Made by a program: the position numbers and the translations under genes
The notes under the pieces: model-generated
Databases searched by the model: none
The model's input: only the letters and a program-made list of their open reading frames with translations
Told to the model about the DNA's origin: nothing
Assembly: GCA_014239265.1 (NCBI GenBank)
Contig: JAAZZH010000005.1
Span: forward strand, 1,030 to 65,029
DNA: 64,000 nucleotides
Reading direction: 5' to 3'
From: Actinomycetota bacterium
GTDB taxonomy: Bacteria > Actinomycetota > Acidimicrobiia > Actinomarinales > Actinomarinaceae
Part shown: in pieces, positions 39,910-50,658 of the stretch
How the letters are laid out: every line of letters begins with the position of its first letter
How positions within the stretch are numbered: position 1 is the first letter of the stretch

Positions 39910-41214
39910 TTAATTGAGGTAGCCATTAATTTTAATAAGTAATTCATCGAGGAAAGCATCCATCTCATCACTATTTTTAGCTTCAACTAAAACTCTTAAC
40001 AAAGGTTCAGTTCCAGAGTTTCTTATAAGATATCTACCATCCAAATCCCTCTTATTGGATAGTTCAAATGCAATCTGATTAATGAACTCAAGCTCTTCTT
40101 TATTTAGTTGATTTTGTAACTTTATATTTACTAATTTTTGTGGATATTCTTGAATATTTTGTTTTCTAAATTCTGCAAGTGTTGTATTGAAGTAATTGAG
40201 TGCCTTCAAGGCAAGAAGAAAAGTTACTAACCCATCTCCTACTGGTAAATATTTAGAAAAAATAATGTGCCCAGACTGTTCTCCTCCAAGAACTGCATCA
40301 TGTTTCTTCATAGATTCGGCTACATATTTATCTCCAACAGGAGTTTCAATCAAATTAAGATTTTTATTTTTCATAGCTACTTTAAATCCATAGTTGGACA
40401 TAACCGTACTTACAACACTTTGATTTTCTAATTGTTTAGTTTCTGAAAGATAATTAGCTAGTAACGCAATGATGACATCTCCATTTGCAACTTCTTTATT
40501 TTCATCAATCATAATTAATCTATCTGCATCGCCATCAAAGGAGATACCCAGTTGTCCGTCTTTCATAGTATTTATAAGATTCTTGGTATTTGTTGCACCA
40601 GAATGTTCGTTTATATTTTCACCATTTGGTTCACTTGCAATAAAGGTTGCAGTAGCGTTTTGATTTAAAACTAAATCTTTTATTACCTTGTAAGCAGAAC
40701 CATTAGCTGAGTCAATTACTAAATTGAACTGTAAGAAATCTATGTCATTTATTGAATCAAGAAAGTTTTTATATTGCTCATAACCTAGGTGCGAGTCCTC
40801 TATTTGTGAAGATTTATTTGGCAACCCAATCGTCTCCATTGTCTCTTCAATTGAAATTTCAACTTCATCTGCTAATTTAGAACCATTCTTATCAATCAAC
40901 TTTATTCCATTGTATTCACTTGGATTGTGCGAAGCAGAAATGATAATTCCCATATCATGATTGAGCTCATTAAGTAGTATGGGCATAGATCCCGATGGTA
41001 GAATTCCATAGTTAAGAATATTTACTTCACTGCTGAAACCATTACTTATCCACTTAGTAATTATTTCACAAGAACTTCGAGTGTCAGTAATTAGAGCTAT
41101 TGATTTAGGCTGTAATATTTTTTCGACAGAAGCACTAACTTTTGAGACTATTTCTTCAGTAAGGGATACTTCAGGGATACCCCTAATGCCATCGGTACCA
41201 AAATGTTTTTTCAA
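39910..41214 (-). CDS. glmM: Phosphoglucosamine mutase
   Basis: FGTDGIRG, ISASHNP, FDGDADR, GGEQSGH, SGTEP; TTG start at 41214 avoids overlap with rpsI. Confidence 0.93.
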   Translation of the reverse strand: MKKHFGTDGIRGIPEVSLTEEIVSKVSASVEKILQPKSIALITDTRSSCEIITKWISNGFSSEVNILNYGILPSGSMPILLNELNHDMGIIISASHNPSEYNGIKLIDKNGSKLADEVEISIEETMETIGLPNKSSQIEDSHLGYEQYKNFLDSINDIDFLQFNLVIDSANGSAYKVIKDLVLNQNATATFIASEPNGENINEHSGATNTKNLINTMKDGQLGISFDGDADRLIMIDENKEVANGDVIIALLANYLSETKQLENQSVVSTVMSNYGFKVAMKNKNLNLIETPVGDKYVAESMKKHDAVLGGEQSGHIIFSKYLPVGDGLVTFLLALKALNYFNTTLAEFRKQNIQEYPQKLVNIKLQNQLNKEELEFINQIAFELSNKRDLDGRYLIRNSGTEPLLRVLVEAKNSDEMDAFLDELLIKINGYLN

Positions 41215-41221
41215 TGAGCGA

Positions 41222-41611
41222 TTATCTTTTAGTGAACTGCTCGGCTCTTCTAGCTTTCTTAAGTCCGTATTTCTTTCTCTCAACTTTTCTGGAGTCTCTT
41301 GTGAGTAACCCTGCTTTTTTGAGTTTTGCTCTTAGCTCTGGATTAAATTGTATTAAAGCTCTAGAAATTCCTAAGGCAACCGCATCAGCTTGTGCAGACA
41401 ATCCACTTCCGTTTAGAGTTACGTGTAAGTCAAACTGTTTATCCATTTCTACAACATTGAAAGGTTTGTTTACCCTCATTCTCATATTTGGACTTGGGAA
41501 GTATTGTTCCATTGTCTTGCCATTAAAGGTATACTCTCCAGTACCTTCGGTGAGTCTTACTCTTGCCACGGAGCTTTTTCTTCTCCCTGTGCCTAATATT
41601 GCTTCACTCAT
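41222..41611 (-). CDS. rpsI: 30S ribosomal protein S9
   Basis: GTGRRKSSVARV, ERKKYGLKKARR. Confidence 0.98.
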   Translation of the reverse strand: MSEAILGTGRRKSSVARVRLTEGTGEYTFNGKTMEQYFPSPNMRMRVNKPFNVVEMDKQFDLHVTLNGSGLSAQADAVALGISRALIQFNPELRAKLKKAGLLTRDSRKVERKKYGLKKARRAEQFTKR

Positions 41612-42065
41612 TATCTGCAACCTTCTTTATATTGAAACTTAATTCTACGGGGTTTTGACTTTCATGAGGATGGGTATCTGTGGAATATACATGAAGTTTT
41701 TTAATAATTGCTCTTCCTAGCCTATTTTTTGGAAGCATTCCCCAAACAGCTTTTTCAATGATTAATTCAGGTTTACGTTTTTTGAGTGCGTTAAAGGATT
41801 CTTCTTTTATTCCGCCGGGATACCCTGAGTGTCTATAGTACATTTTTTGTTCTGGCTTTTTAGATGTTACTTGAATTTTATGTGCGTTAATTACAACAAC
41901 ATGATCTCCTACATCTAAGTGCGGTGCATACTGTGGCTTGTGTTTACCTTTTAAAATTTGCGCAATCTCACTAGCTAATCTACCGACTGGAAGATTGCTC
42001 GCATCAACTACATGCCAACTTCTATCAGAAGCTTCTATTCCTTTGAATGTCGTTTTTGTACTCAT
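41604..42065 (-). CDS. rplM: 50S ribosomal protein L13
   Basis: WHVVDA, GRLAS, YYRHSGYPGG. Confidence 0.98.
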   Translation of the reverse strand: MSTKTTFKGIEASDRSWHVVDASNLPVGRLASEIAQILKGKHKPQYAPHLDVGDHVVVINAHKIQVTSKKPEQKMYYRHSGYPGGIKEESFNALKKRKPELIIEKAVWGMLPKNRLGRAIIKKLHVYSTDTHPHESQNPVELSFNIKKVADNE

Positions 42066-42125
42066 TTATAAACCTATTGGATTGTAACGAGCTTTAAGTA
42101 TAAAGGTTACTGATATTTATGAAAA

Positions 42126-42851
42126 CTAGTATTTAATATTCCAAAGATACAAACCATCTGACGGTGCAACATGTTTGAATCTTTGTTCAAGTGGAGTTTT
42201 TAGAGATGTATTGATAGATTTGCTTTCCAATTTTCCATCAAATGCGGCTAACTGTACGCCTACTATAGACCTAACCATGTTGTGTAAAAAAGAATTTCCA
42301 GTGATAGTATAAGTAAAATACTGACTGTTCTTGGTCCATTTACTTAGAGCAATTTCACGTAATGGATTCTGATCAGTTCTTAATTTTGAATAATTAGTGA
42401 AGTTATTTATTCCTGTAAATGAATTTGCAATAAGATTCAGTTCTACAATACTTAATTCCTTCTTTACAAAATAACTATAACCCAGGTTATAAGCTTCATA
42501 ATTACTGGGAGTGTTTACAAAATATTTGTACGTTCTTTGTTTTGCATCGTATCTAGGATGAAAATTCCTATTAGCCAATGTAATCTTTTTTATATAAATA
42601 TGCTTGCCTACTAATGCATTAAATGATTCTTTGAAAGAATCTTTTAATGGGTCACTTGTGATAATGCTTAAAACTTGATGCTTAGCATGAACTCCCGTAT
42701 CTGTTCTCCCAGCATAAGTTAGTTGGTATTTAGTTAAAAGCTTATTTAATGCTGTTTCCAAGGCTTCTTGAACCGTAAAGTCTTTTGGCTGCTTTTGGAA
42801 ACCATGAAAATTATTTCCATCATATGAAATTACTATCTTATAATTCTTCAA
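42126..42851 (-). CDS. truA: tRNA pseudouridine(38-40) synthase
   Basis: YDGNNFHGFQKQ, AGRTDTGVHA, FLHNMVR. Confidence 0.96.
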   Translation of the reverse strand: MKNYKIVISYDGNNFHGFQKQPKDFTVQEALETALNKLLTKYQLTYAGRTDTGVHAKHQVLSIITSDPLKDSFKESFNALVGKHIYIKKITLANRNFHPRYDAKQRTYKYFVNTPSNYEAYNLGYSYFVKKELSIVELNLIANSFTGINNFTNYSKLRTDQNPLREIALSKWTKNSQYFTYTITGNSFLHNMVRSIVGVQLAAFDGKLESKSINTSLKTPLEQRFKHVAPSDGLYLWNIKY

Positions 42852-42852
42852 G

Positions 42853-43398
42853 TTAGAAAAATATTTTTAGAGGACCTGAAGTCCAAATAAGTATAACAAT
42901 AAAGACGGAGGCAGCAATTCTAGAATTTCGTTTTTCAACAAAAAACCCAATTTCTAAACTTCTTGAAATTGTATAGAAGAGCCACAAAAAAATACTCAAT
43001 ATTAAAATTTCAATAATTCTTGCACTTATATTCAAGTAACTTTGAAGCAATATAACAAAAGAGATTCCAGCAACAATTCCGTGTGCATAACCTGTCATTG
43101 TTGAAACGCTGTTTATGTCTAAATTTTCCTTAAAAACTCTGGATAAAATAAACCACATTCCTAAACTCGATATTATCCAGGCGAATGCACCATCTAATAT
43201 TCCATAAAAAACAATATCAAAGAAGTTTGAAAATCTAGTTGTAATAAAAAGTGCAGTATATATTGAGGTAAGACTTGTAATAACAATTAAAAAGGCATTG
43301 CCACTTTCATATCTGTCGTTAACAATATTTTGTATCAAGGAGGGATTGAACCTTAGAAATGCTTGAAACTTTTTCCAGACATCTCTGAAAGTACTCAA
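42853..43398 (-). CDS. Hypothetical multi-pass membrane protein (Yip1-like layout)
   Basis: About 5 hydrophobic segments, TGYAH motif, tightly packed between rplQ and truA. Confidence 0.7.
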   Translation of the reverse strand: MSTFRDVWKKFQAFLRFNPSLIQNIVNDRYESGNAFLIVITSLTSIYTALFITTRFSNFFDIVFYGILDGAFAWIISSLGMWFILSRVFKENLDINSVSTMTGYAHGIVAGISFVILLQSYLNISARIIEILILSIFLWLFYTISRSLEIGFFVEKRNSRIAASVFIVILIWTSGPLKIFF

Positions 43399-43399
43399 T

Positions 43400-43750
43400 T
43401 TAAACTAGTTCTAGTACAGCTAGCTCTGTACCGTCACCCTTTCGGTAAGTTGTTCTTGTAATCCTTGTGTATCCGCCATTTCTCTCTTGATACTTAGGGC
43501 CAATTTCTTCAAATAATTTAGCAACAACAGCTTTATCCTGAATCATTTTTAAGACTTGTCGTCTATCGTGTAATGTTCCTTTTTTTGCTTTTGTTATAAC
43601 TTTTTCTGCATAAGGTTTAACAACTTTAGCTTTAGTTATAGTTGTTTCAATCTTTTCGTGCTGAATAAGTGATCTTATTAAATTACTAATAATTTGATCT
43701 TCATGCGAGGCAGAGCCACCTAGTCTTTTTCCCTTTGTTGGTTTAGGCAT
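43400..43750 (-). CDS. rplQ: 50S ribosomal protein L17
   Basis: [17 protein letters not shown]. Confidence 0.98.
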   Translation of the reverse strand: MPKPTKGKRLGGSASHEDQIISNLIRSLIQHEKIETTITKAKVVKPYAEKVITKAKKGTLHDRRQVLKMIQDKAVVAKLFEEIGPKYQERNGGYTRITRTTYRKGDGTELAVLELV

Positions 43751-44702
43751 CCGCGTTTTCCTCAGAGTCCAAATCAGAGCTAGTTGGTAAACTTAATCCT
43801 AATTCATCTAACTTTGCAACAAGCTCATCAAGGCTTTTCTGACCAAAGTTTGTTAGATTCAAAAGATCATCTTCCGTGTATTCTAAGATTTGTCCGACAG
43901 TAGTAATATTTTCTCTGCCTAGACAGTTCATTGGTCTTTCTGATAAATCTAATGCATCAACAGAAATTGATAAATCTGGAGAGCTTCCTTCAGATACTGT
44001 TAGCTCGCCTAACTCAAGACCAATTCCTTCATCAATGTCAGCGAAAAGTTTCCATAATTCACCAAGAGTTTTCCCTACAGATGAGATTGCCTCACTAGGT
44101 GCTACTGATCCATCAGTCTCAACGTCTAAAGTAAGTTTGTCATAGTTTGTTACTTGACCAACTTGTGTTGGAGAGACTCCGTAACTTACTTTTACTATTG
44201 GAGAAAATATCGAGTCAATAGGAATGAAACTTGAATCGCTAGTTTTATTTTTATCAGCTAAACGATATCCTACTCCATGGGCAATCGAAACTTCCATATC
44301 TAAAGTTGCATCACCAGAAAGGGTACAAATTTTTAGGTCGGTGTTCACAACCTCCACGCCAGCTGGGCATTGTATTTGTGCGGCTGTAACATCTCCTGGT
44401 CCTTTTGCCTTAACGGTTAAGGTATGGCTTTCTTGATCTTCCACATGAAGAACAAGTCGTTTTAGATTTAATAATAAATCTAAAACATCTTCCACTACAC
44501 CAGGGACTGATGTAAATTCATGGTTCACACCTTGAATTTTGACTCCAGTAACAGCGACGCCCGGAACTCTGGACAATAAAGCTCTTCTCATGGTGTTACC
44601 AAGAGTTAAACCAAATCCTGGTTCTAGTGGTTCAATTATAAACTTTGCTCTGTTTGTACTCAATTCTTCTTGAGATATTTCAGGTCTTTGTAGTATTAGC
44701 AA
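43743..44702 (-). CDS. rpoA: RNA polymerase alpha subunit
   Basis: [29 protein letters not shown]. Confidence 0.98.
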   Translation of the reverse strand: MLILQRPEISQEELSTNRAKFIIEPLEPGFGLTLGNTMRRALLSRVPGVAVTGVKIQGVNHEFTSVPGVVEDVLDLLLNLKRLVLHVEDQESHTLTVKAKGPGDVTAAQIQCPAGVEVVNTDLKICTLSGDATLDMEVSIAHGVGYRLADKNKTSDSSFIPIDSIFSPIVKVSYGVSPTQVGQVTNYDKLTLDVETDGSVAPSEAISSVGKTLGELWKLFADIDEGIGLELGELTVSEGSSPDLSISVDALDLSERPMNCLGRENITTVGQILEYTEDDLLNLTNFGQKSLDELVAKLDELGLSLPTSSDLDSEENADA

Positions 44703-44723
44703 TTTAATTCTCCTCTCTAATTT

Positions 44724-45338
44724 TTATTTTGAATAAAGCTCTACTATTAATTGTTCTTCTATTTGATGACTTATGTCTCCCCTTGAAGGTAGAGATAAGA
44801 CTTCAATAGTCTTCTTATTGTTATCAACTGACAACCATGAAGGTATTTCATTATCTTGACCGGTATCAATTGTGTGTTGAACAATGATCATGTTTTGACT
44901 ATTGTCTTTTAATTCTATTTTATCTCCAGGCTTTACTTGAATGGAAGGGATGTCAACTAGTGAACCATTAAGTTTTAGATGTCTATGAGAAGCTATTTGT
45001 CGTGCTTGTGGCCTCGTGGAAGCAAATCCAGCTCTATAAATGACATTATCTAATCTTGACTCCAAAAGTACTAATAAATTTTCTCCAGTGATACCTCCCA
45101 TTCGAGAAGCTTCTTTATAGTAATTTCGGAACTGTTTTTCTAAAATTCCATACATATATCTTACTTTTTGCTTTTCTTTTAGCTGTGTACCATAGTCAGT
45201 TTCCCTAACTCTTTTTCTGCCATTTTCTCCAGGTGGATAAGGTCTGTCCTGGAGAGCCTTGTCACCTTTTTTATTCTCGAATACATTAAATCCAATTCTT
45301 CTTGATATCTTTACTCTAGGTCCTGTATATCTAGCCAT
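44724..45338 (-). CDS. rpsD: 30S ribosomal protein S4 (no Zn-binding Cys)
   Basis: MARYTGP, QLKEKQK, LESRLDN, IVELYSK. Confidence 0.98.
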   Translation of the reverse strand: MARYTGPRVKISRRIGFNVFENKKGDKALQDRPYPPGENGRKRVRETDYGTQLKEKQKVRYMYGILEKQFRNYYKEASRMGGITGENLLVLLESRLDNVIYRAGFASTRPQARQIASHRHLKLNGSLVDIPSIQVKPGDKIELKDNSQNMIIVQHTIDTGQDNEIPSWLSVDNNKKTIEVLSLPSRGDISHQIEEQLIVELYSK

Positions 45339-45721
45339 TATCCTCTCCTGCGTTTTTTTGGCCTGCAGCCATTGTGAGGGGTGGGAGTTATGTCTTTGAT
45401 GGTTCCAACATCCATACCCATGTTTTGTAAGGTTCTTACGGCAGTTTCTCTTCCTGCACCTGTGCCACTAATTATGATATCTAATTTATGCACACCAAAT
45501 TCTGTTGCTCTTCTTACTGCTTCTTCCGCTGCAACTTGTGCTGCATACGGTGTAGATTTTCTTGATCCTTTAAAACCCACTGATCCACCTGAAGTCCAAA
45601 CAATTGTTTCACCATTTGAGTCCGAAATATTTATGATTGTATTGTTAAAGCTAGCTTTTATATGAGCTACTCCTGAAGGTATATTCTTTTTATTTTTTTT
45701 CTTGGATTTTGTTTCAACCAT
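45338..45721 (-). CDS. rpsK: 30S ribosomal protein S11
   Basis: [22 protein letters not shown]. Confidence 0.98.
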   Translation of the reverse strand: MVETKSKKKNKKNIPSGVAHIKASFNNTIINISDSNGETIVWTSGGSVGFKGSRKSTPYAAQVAAEEAVRRATEFGVHKLDIIISGTGAGRETAVRTLQNMGMDVGTIKDITPTPHNGCRPKKRRRG

Positions 45722-46098
45722 TATTTAGTCACCTTTTTCTTACCTGCTATCGCAAATCTAGGACCCTTACGTGTCCTGGCATTTGTATGTGTTCTTTGAC
45801 CTCTTACAGGTAAACCTGTCCTGTGCCTTAAACCTTGATATGTACCTATTTCTGTTTTTCTACGAATGTTTTGAGAAACGTCTCTTCTAAGGTCTCCCTC
45901 TACTCTGAAGTTCGCTTCAATATATTTTCTTATTTGTGCAACTTCATCATTTGTTAAGTTACTAACTCTTGTACTTGGATCAATTTTTAGATCTGTGCAA
46001 ATGTCGACAGATCTTTTAGCTCCAACACCGTGAATGTATCTTAAGGATGCAATAACCCTTTTGTCTCTTGGAATATCAATTCCAGAAATTCTTGCCAT
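45721..46098 (-). CDS. rpsM: 30S ribosomal protein S13
   Basis: [27 protein letters not shown]. Confidence 0.98.
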   Translation of the reverse strand: MARISGIDIPRDKRVIASLRYIHGVGAKRSVDICTDLKIDPSTRVSNLTNDEVAQIRKYIEANFRVEGDLRRDVSQNIRRKTEIGTYQGLRHRTGLPVRGQRTHTNARTRKGPRFAIAGKKKVTK

Positions 46099-46101
46099 TC
46101 T

Positions 46102-46218
46102 TTAGCCTTGCCTTTGTTTATTACGAGGATTTTTTTTGTTAATTACATAAAGCTTACCTTTACGCCTAACAATCTGGTCGCCAGGACCCCTCTTTTTAAT
46201 ACTTGATTTAACTTTCAT
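46102..46218 (-). CDS. rpmJ: 50S ribosomal protein L36, Cys-free form
   Basis: Not in ORF track; [38 protein letters not shown] between infA and rpsM. Confidence 0.95.
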   Translation of the reverse strand: MKVKSSIKKRGPGDQIVRRKGKLYVINKKNPRNKQRQG

Positions 46219-46439
46219 TTATGTCTCCAAGTTATCCTACCCCTTGTAGGATCGTATGGCGATACTTCCATATCTACCATGTCTCCAGGAAGTATTCTTA
46301 TGTACCTCATTCTCATTTTTCCTGAAACGTGTGCAAGAATTTCTGCACCGCTTTCAAGCTCAACCTTAAAAGATGCGTTTGGTAAAGTTTCAGTAACTTT
46401 TCCCTGAACCTTTATTATATTTTTTTCTTTTTCTACCAA
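46215..46439 (-). CDS. infA: Translation initiation factor IF-1
   Basis: [25 protein letters not shown]. Confidence 0.97.
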   Translation of the reverse strand: MVEKEKNIIKVQGKVTETLPNASFKVELESGAEILAHVSGKMRMRYIRILPGDMVDMEVSPYDPTRGRITWRHK

Positions 46440-46510
46440 AATCACCTTGTAATTAGGACCGATAAATCAGAATAGTGCGATTAAAAACTATTACCAACAT
46501 GTTTTTAAAA

Positions 46511-47257
46511 TTACTTTTCTGTAAATATTCGTACCTCATCGTCCATTATCCCTATCGTGTGCTCCCAATGAGCCGAATTACTTCCATCAAAAGTTCTGAC
46601 TGTCCAATCATCATCGTCAACTTTCGTTTGAGCAGAACCTATATTGAACATTGGTTCTATACATATAGCCATCCCCTTTTTCAGAGTAAATCCTTGATTC
46701 TTCTTTCCATAGTTTGGCACCTGAGGGTCTTCGTGCATTTCAAGACCTATTCCATGTCCAACATATTCTTTAACAACTCCATAGGAAAATTTGTTCCCAA
46801 TTTTTTCTATTTTATTTCCGATTGTTCCCAGCTTTTGTCCATCTGCAACTAATGCAATTCCCGCATATAGGGCATCTCTTGTTGCGTCGATTAATGCTTG
46901 GTTTTCATCAGAAATTTTTCCAATACCGTAGGTGAGTGCAGCGTCAGCGTGATAGCCGTTAACTGAAACACCAACATCTATAGATAAGATATCTCCCTCA
47001 TCTAATATGTATTTACTAGGTATTCCATGGACAATAACATCATTTGGAGATGCGCAGATATAAGCCGGATATCCCATATAACCTAAAAAGCTTGAAGTAG
47101 AGCCGCTTTTTTCTACGATACTTTTAGCTAGTTCATCAAGAGTAGTAAGTGGTACGCCTGGAGTTGATGCTTCACGCAACTCAGAATGTATAGTTGCAAC
47201 GATATGTCCTGCTTTCTCCATATTTAAAAAATCTTCTTGTGATTTAAAAGTAATCAT
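46511..47257 (-). CDS. map: Methionine aminopeptidase type I
   Basis: VHGIP, IDVG, GHGIG..MHEDP, IEPM, AHWEHT. Confidence 0.97.
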   Translation of the reverse strand: MITFKSQEDFLNMEKAGHIVATIHSELREASTPGVPLTTLDELAKSIVEKSGSTSSFLGYMGYPAYICASPNDVIVHGIPSKYILDEGDILSIDVGVSVNGYHADAALTYGIGKISDENQALIDATRDALYAGIALVADGQKLGTIGNKIEKIGNKFSYGVVKEYVGHGIGLEMHEDPQVPNYGKKNQGFTLKKGMAICIEPMFNIGSAQTKVDDDDWTVRTFDGSNSAHWEHTIGIMDDEVRIFTEK

Positions 47258-47261
47258 TTAA

Positions 47262-47819
47262 CTAAAACTCTTTAGATATGAGATTGTATATATCATCAAC
47301 TTCTCCTACAGCATTAATTTTTACTGTTAAGCTACTTTTGTTGTAATACTCAATCAAGGGCTCAGTATCTTCTTTGTAAACATCCAAACGAACACTAATC
47401 GACTCTTTTGTGTCATCACCTCGTCCAGAAGTTTCACCACGATGCAAAATTCTCTTTATCAATTCATTTTGTTCAGCTTCAAATACGATAACTTTGCTTA
47501 TGGAGAAGTTTTCATTCAGCGTTTCAAGACTTTTGGCTTGAGCTAAAGTTCTTGGAAAGCCATCAAGGATTGCGCCATTTTTACAATCATCTGCATTTAA
47601 TCTTTCAATAAGCATCTCTATAACAAGTGAATCTGGAACAAGTTTCCCTTCATCTAATAACGATTTTGCTGTTTTACCTAATTCTGTATTATTAGAGACG
47701 TGACCTCTTAACATATCTCCAGTAGAGATGTGTGCAAGGTTGTTATCTTCAGCCAATCTTGATGCTTGAGTTCCTTTCCCGGCACCTGGAGGTCCCAGAA
47801 AAATAATGATATTGGTCAA
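47262..47819 (-). CDS. adk: Adenylate kinase (short, no Zn-LID)
   Basis: GPPGAGKGTQ, STGDMLR, LDGFPR, GRGDD. Confidence 0.97.
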   Translation of the reverse strand: MTNIIIFLGPPGAGKGTQASRLAEDNNLAHISTGDMLRGHVSNNTELGKTAKSLLDEGKLVPDSLVIEMLIERLNADDCKNGAILDGFPRTLAQAKSLETLNENFSISKVIVFEAEQNELIKRILHRGETSGRGDDTKESISVRLDVYKEDTEPLIEYYNKSSLTVKINAVGEVDDIYNLISKEF

Positions 47820-49129
47820 TCAATAAACCCTTCATAATTTCTCATGCTTAATTGACTTTCTATTTGTTTCATAGTTTCTAATGCAACACCTACAGTAATT
47901 AATATTGATATTCCTCCGAACCCAAGTGGGATATCCCAAATAGCTGATGCAATTGAAGGGAGAACTGCAACAGAGGCAAGAAAAACTGAACCAGGAAGAG
48001 TAATTCTACTAACAATATGTGAAAGGTAATTTGTTGTAGAAATACCAGGTCTAACTCCAGGTACGAAACCACCCTGACGCCTAATCATGTCAGATTGTCT
48101 CACTGGATCAAATTGAATTGTTGTATAAAAGTATGTAAAGAAGATAATTAACATTCCAAGAAAAAAGATATAGAACCAACTTGTTCCCTGTGAGTTGGCA
48201 AGATTAACATCAATCCAATTTCTAATTCCTGCAGTTATTGAGTTGTCTTGGGGTAAAGATGTAGCAATCAGTGCCGGAAAGAATAAAACGCTTGTCGCAA
48301 AAATAACCGGAATAACACCAGCACTATTTACCTTTAATGGGATGTATGTGCTTTGGCCACCCATAACTTTTCTTCCTCTTACTCTTTTTGCAAACTGTAT
48401 TGGGATTCTCCGTTGCCCTTGTTCAACATATATGATTCCAACAATCATCAATATAAACATCAAAACTAAGAATGAAAATTGTCCTAACCTACCCTGGCCC
48501 GCTGTAACTTGATATGCTCCACCAAAACTGGCTGGCAATTGTGAAATTATACTTGCAAATATAATTAGGGACATTCCATTTCCAATTCCACGTTGTGAAA
48601 TTAATTCTCCTAGCCACATAATAAATGCTGTACCAGCAGTCATGGTCAGTACTATTAACCCTACTCTTGATGGAGTGTAGTTAGGTATAAGTGAAATTCC
48701 TCCGGTTAAACTTCCTCTGGAGAAAATATAGGTCAAGCCTGTTGATTGGAGCAATGCTAAAACAACTGTTATGTATCTTGTCCACTGTGTAATTACTTTT
48801 CTTCCTGACTCCCCTTCTTCTTGAAGTTTTTGGAGTCGTGGAATAACTACTGTGAGGAGTTGTAAAATAATACTAGACGTGATGTAAGGCATAATTCCCA
48901 GCGCAAATACAGAAAAAGTTTCTAGTGCACCACCTGAAAATAAGTTGAGTAATCCATAAATTCCAGCCTGCGAACCTGAATCTGTTAATCTTTGAACTGC
49001 CTCAAGATCAACACCAGGTACTGGGACAGAAGCGCCTAATCTATAAACACCGAACATGGCTAATGTAAACAAAATTCTCTTCCTTAGATCTGGAATCTTG
49101 AACATATATTTAAAGATAGATAACTTCAC
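47816..49129 (-). CDS. secY: Preprotein translocase SecY
   Basis: ALGIMPYIT, GIGNGMSLII, PGVRPG. Confidence 0.98.
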   Translation of the reverse strand: MKLSIFKYMFKIPDLRKRILFTLAMFGVYRLGASVPVPGVDLEAVQRLTDSGSQAGIYGLLNLFSGGALETFSVFALGIMPYITSSIILQLLTVVIPRLQKLQEEGESGRKVITQWTRYITVVLALLQSTGLTYIFSRGSLTGGISLIPNYTPSRVGLIVLTMTAGTAFIMWLGELISQRGIGNGMSLIIFASIISQLPASFGGAYQVTAGQGRLGQFSFLVLMFILMIVGIIYVEQGQRRIPIQFAKRVRGRKVMGGQSTYIPLKVNSAGVIPVIFATSVLFFPALIATSLPQDNSITAGIRNWIDVNLANSQGTSWFYIFFLGMLIIFFTYFYTTIQFDPVRQSDMIRRQGGFVPGVRPGISTTNYLSHIVSRITLPGSVFLASVAVLPSIASAIWDIPLGFGGISILITVGVALETMKQIESQLSMRNYEGFID

Positions 49130-49131
49130 AA

Positions 49132-49581
49132 CTAACCTTCGATGATCTCTACTGTACCGCCTGCTTTTTCAATTTTAGTTTTTGCAACTTCACTAATGGA
49201 ATGTACTTTCAAATTTACTGCATTAGTAATTTCACCATTTCCAAGTATTTTGACTAAACCTTTTTTTCTTGTTAAACCTAGATTCCTTAATGTATCAGGG
49301 TCTACCTCACCAGAAATGTCTTTTTCTTGAAGGTCTGAAACATTAACAACGACGTAGGCCATTTTAGGTCCATTGCTAATACCTTTTAATTTAGGAATTC
49401 TTCGATATAGAGGTATTTGTCCACCCTCAAAATAAGCGGGTACTGTTTTACGTGCTCCGGTACCCTTAGTACCTCTACCAGCAGTTTTTCCCCTTTTACC
49501 AGCTTCACCTCTACCTTTTCTTAACTTGTTTTTTGTAGAGCCAGGAGTTGGTTTTAGATGATGAAATCTTAATTTATCCAT
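49132..49581 (-). CDS. rplO: 50S ribosomal protein L15
   Basis: GKTAGRGTKG, FEGGQIPL. Confidence 0.98.
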   Translation of the reverse strand: MDKLRFHHLKPTPGSTKNKLRKGRGEAGKRGKTAGRGTKGTGARKTVPAYFEGGQIPLYRRIPKLKGISNGPKMAYVVVNVSDLQEKDISGEVDPDTLRNLGLTRKKGLVKILGNGEITNAVNLKVHSISEVAKTKIEKAGGTVEIIEG

Positions 49582-49583
49582 TA

Positions 49584-49763
49584 TTAAACCTCTTCAATAC
49601 TTACTAGATGATTTACAACTCGTAACATTCCCTGTAGAGAGTCATCCATATCTCTTTCAACAGAAGAATTTATTTTCTTTAATCCCAATGACTTGATGGT
49701 TTCACGCGACTTGTGACCTTGACCAATAAGGCTTCTTTTAAGGGTGATTTTTACTTTAGACAT
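49584..49763 (-). CDS. rpmD: 50S ribosomal protein L30
   Basis: Not in ORF track; MSKVKITLKRSLIG...TIKSLGLKKINSSV...GMLRVVNHLV. Confidence 0.95.
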   Translation of the reverse strand: MSKVKITLKRSLIGQGHKSRETIKSLGLKKINSSVERDMDDSLQGMLRVVNHLVSIEEV

Positions 49764-50304
49764 CTTGTGATGCTACTTTTCTTTCAGCTTTAGTTTTTTC
49801 ATAAGCATCAACTAATCCTTTTGGAGCAATTTCGGAAGGTTTTTTTCCTCTTAATTTTGCGACTGAATCAGGTGTTCTTTGTCCAAGTAAACCATTGATA
49901 GTTGCTTTTGCGACATTCAAGTGAGTTGGTGAACCTAAAGACTTAGCAAGAATATCTTTAATTCCTGCGACTTGTAATACCTCTCTTGCAGCACCTCCTG
50001 CAATAATACCTGTTCCTGGAGAAGCTGGCTTAAGAAGAACTTTTGATGAGCCATGTTCTCCTGTAATTGTATGAACTATTGTTGAGCCTGCCATAGGAAT
50101 TTGATGTATATCCTTTTTTGCATTTTCAATTGCTTTCTGTATAGCTAGAGGAACTTCTGAACCTTTTCCATAACCTATACCGGCACTACCATTTCCATCC
50201 CCAACAGCTACCAAGGCTGTAAAAGCAAAGTTCCTACCACCTTTAACAACTTTGGCCACTCTGTTTATGTGAATAACACTCTCTTGTAATTCTGATTCAA
50301 CCAT
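49756..50304 (-). CDS. rpsE: 30S ribosomal protein S5
   Basis: INRVAKVVKGGR, PGTGIIAGG. Confidence 0.98.
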   Translation of the reverse strand: MVESELQESVIHINRVAKVVKGGRNFAFTALVAVGDGNGSAGIGYGKGSEVPLAIQKAIENAKKDIHQIPMAGSTIVHTITGEHGSSKVLLKPASPGTGIIAGGAAREVLQVAGIKDILAKSLGSPTHLNVAKATINGLLGQRTPDSVAKLRGKKPSEIAPKGLVDAYEKTKAERKVASQDV

Positions 50305-50657
50305 TAAAACTTAATTCCTTTTTCTCTTATGCCTTCAGCTACAGCTTGTACTCTTCCATGATAAATATATCCGCCTCTATCAAAAACTGCTTCTTTGACA
50401 CCAATTTCATTAAGTGCTTCACCTAATTTTTCTCCAACTTTTTTTGAGATCTCTACAGTTAAATTCTGATTCTTAAGTTCACTAGATAAAGTACTGGCTG
50501 TTGCTATCGTGCTTTGACCTAAATCATCTATTGCCTGTACATAAATATTTTTATTACTTTTAAACACAGCCAATCTTGGCTTTGTAGCAGTTCCATAAAT
50601 TTTTTTTCTTATTCTAATTTTTCTTTTAATTCTAGGATTCTTTGTTTTCATAACCAT
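50304..50657 (-). CDS. rplR: 50S ribosomal protein L18
   Basis: PRLAVFKS, FDRGGYIYHGRV. Confidence 0.98.
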   Translation of the reverse strand: MVMKTKNPRIKRKIRIRKKIYGTATKPRLAVFKSNKNIYVQAIDDLGQSTIATASTLSSELKNQNLTVEISKKVGEKLGEALNEIGVKEAVFDRGGYIYHGRVQAVAEGIREKGIKF

Positions 50658-50658
50658 C

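Noticed and set aside
41215-41283. N-terminal extension of GlmM
   Set aside because: Overlaps rpsI; the family N-terminus begins at TTG 41214 (KKHFGTDG).
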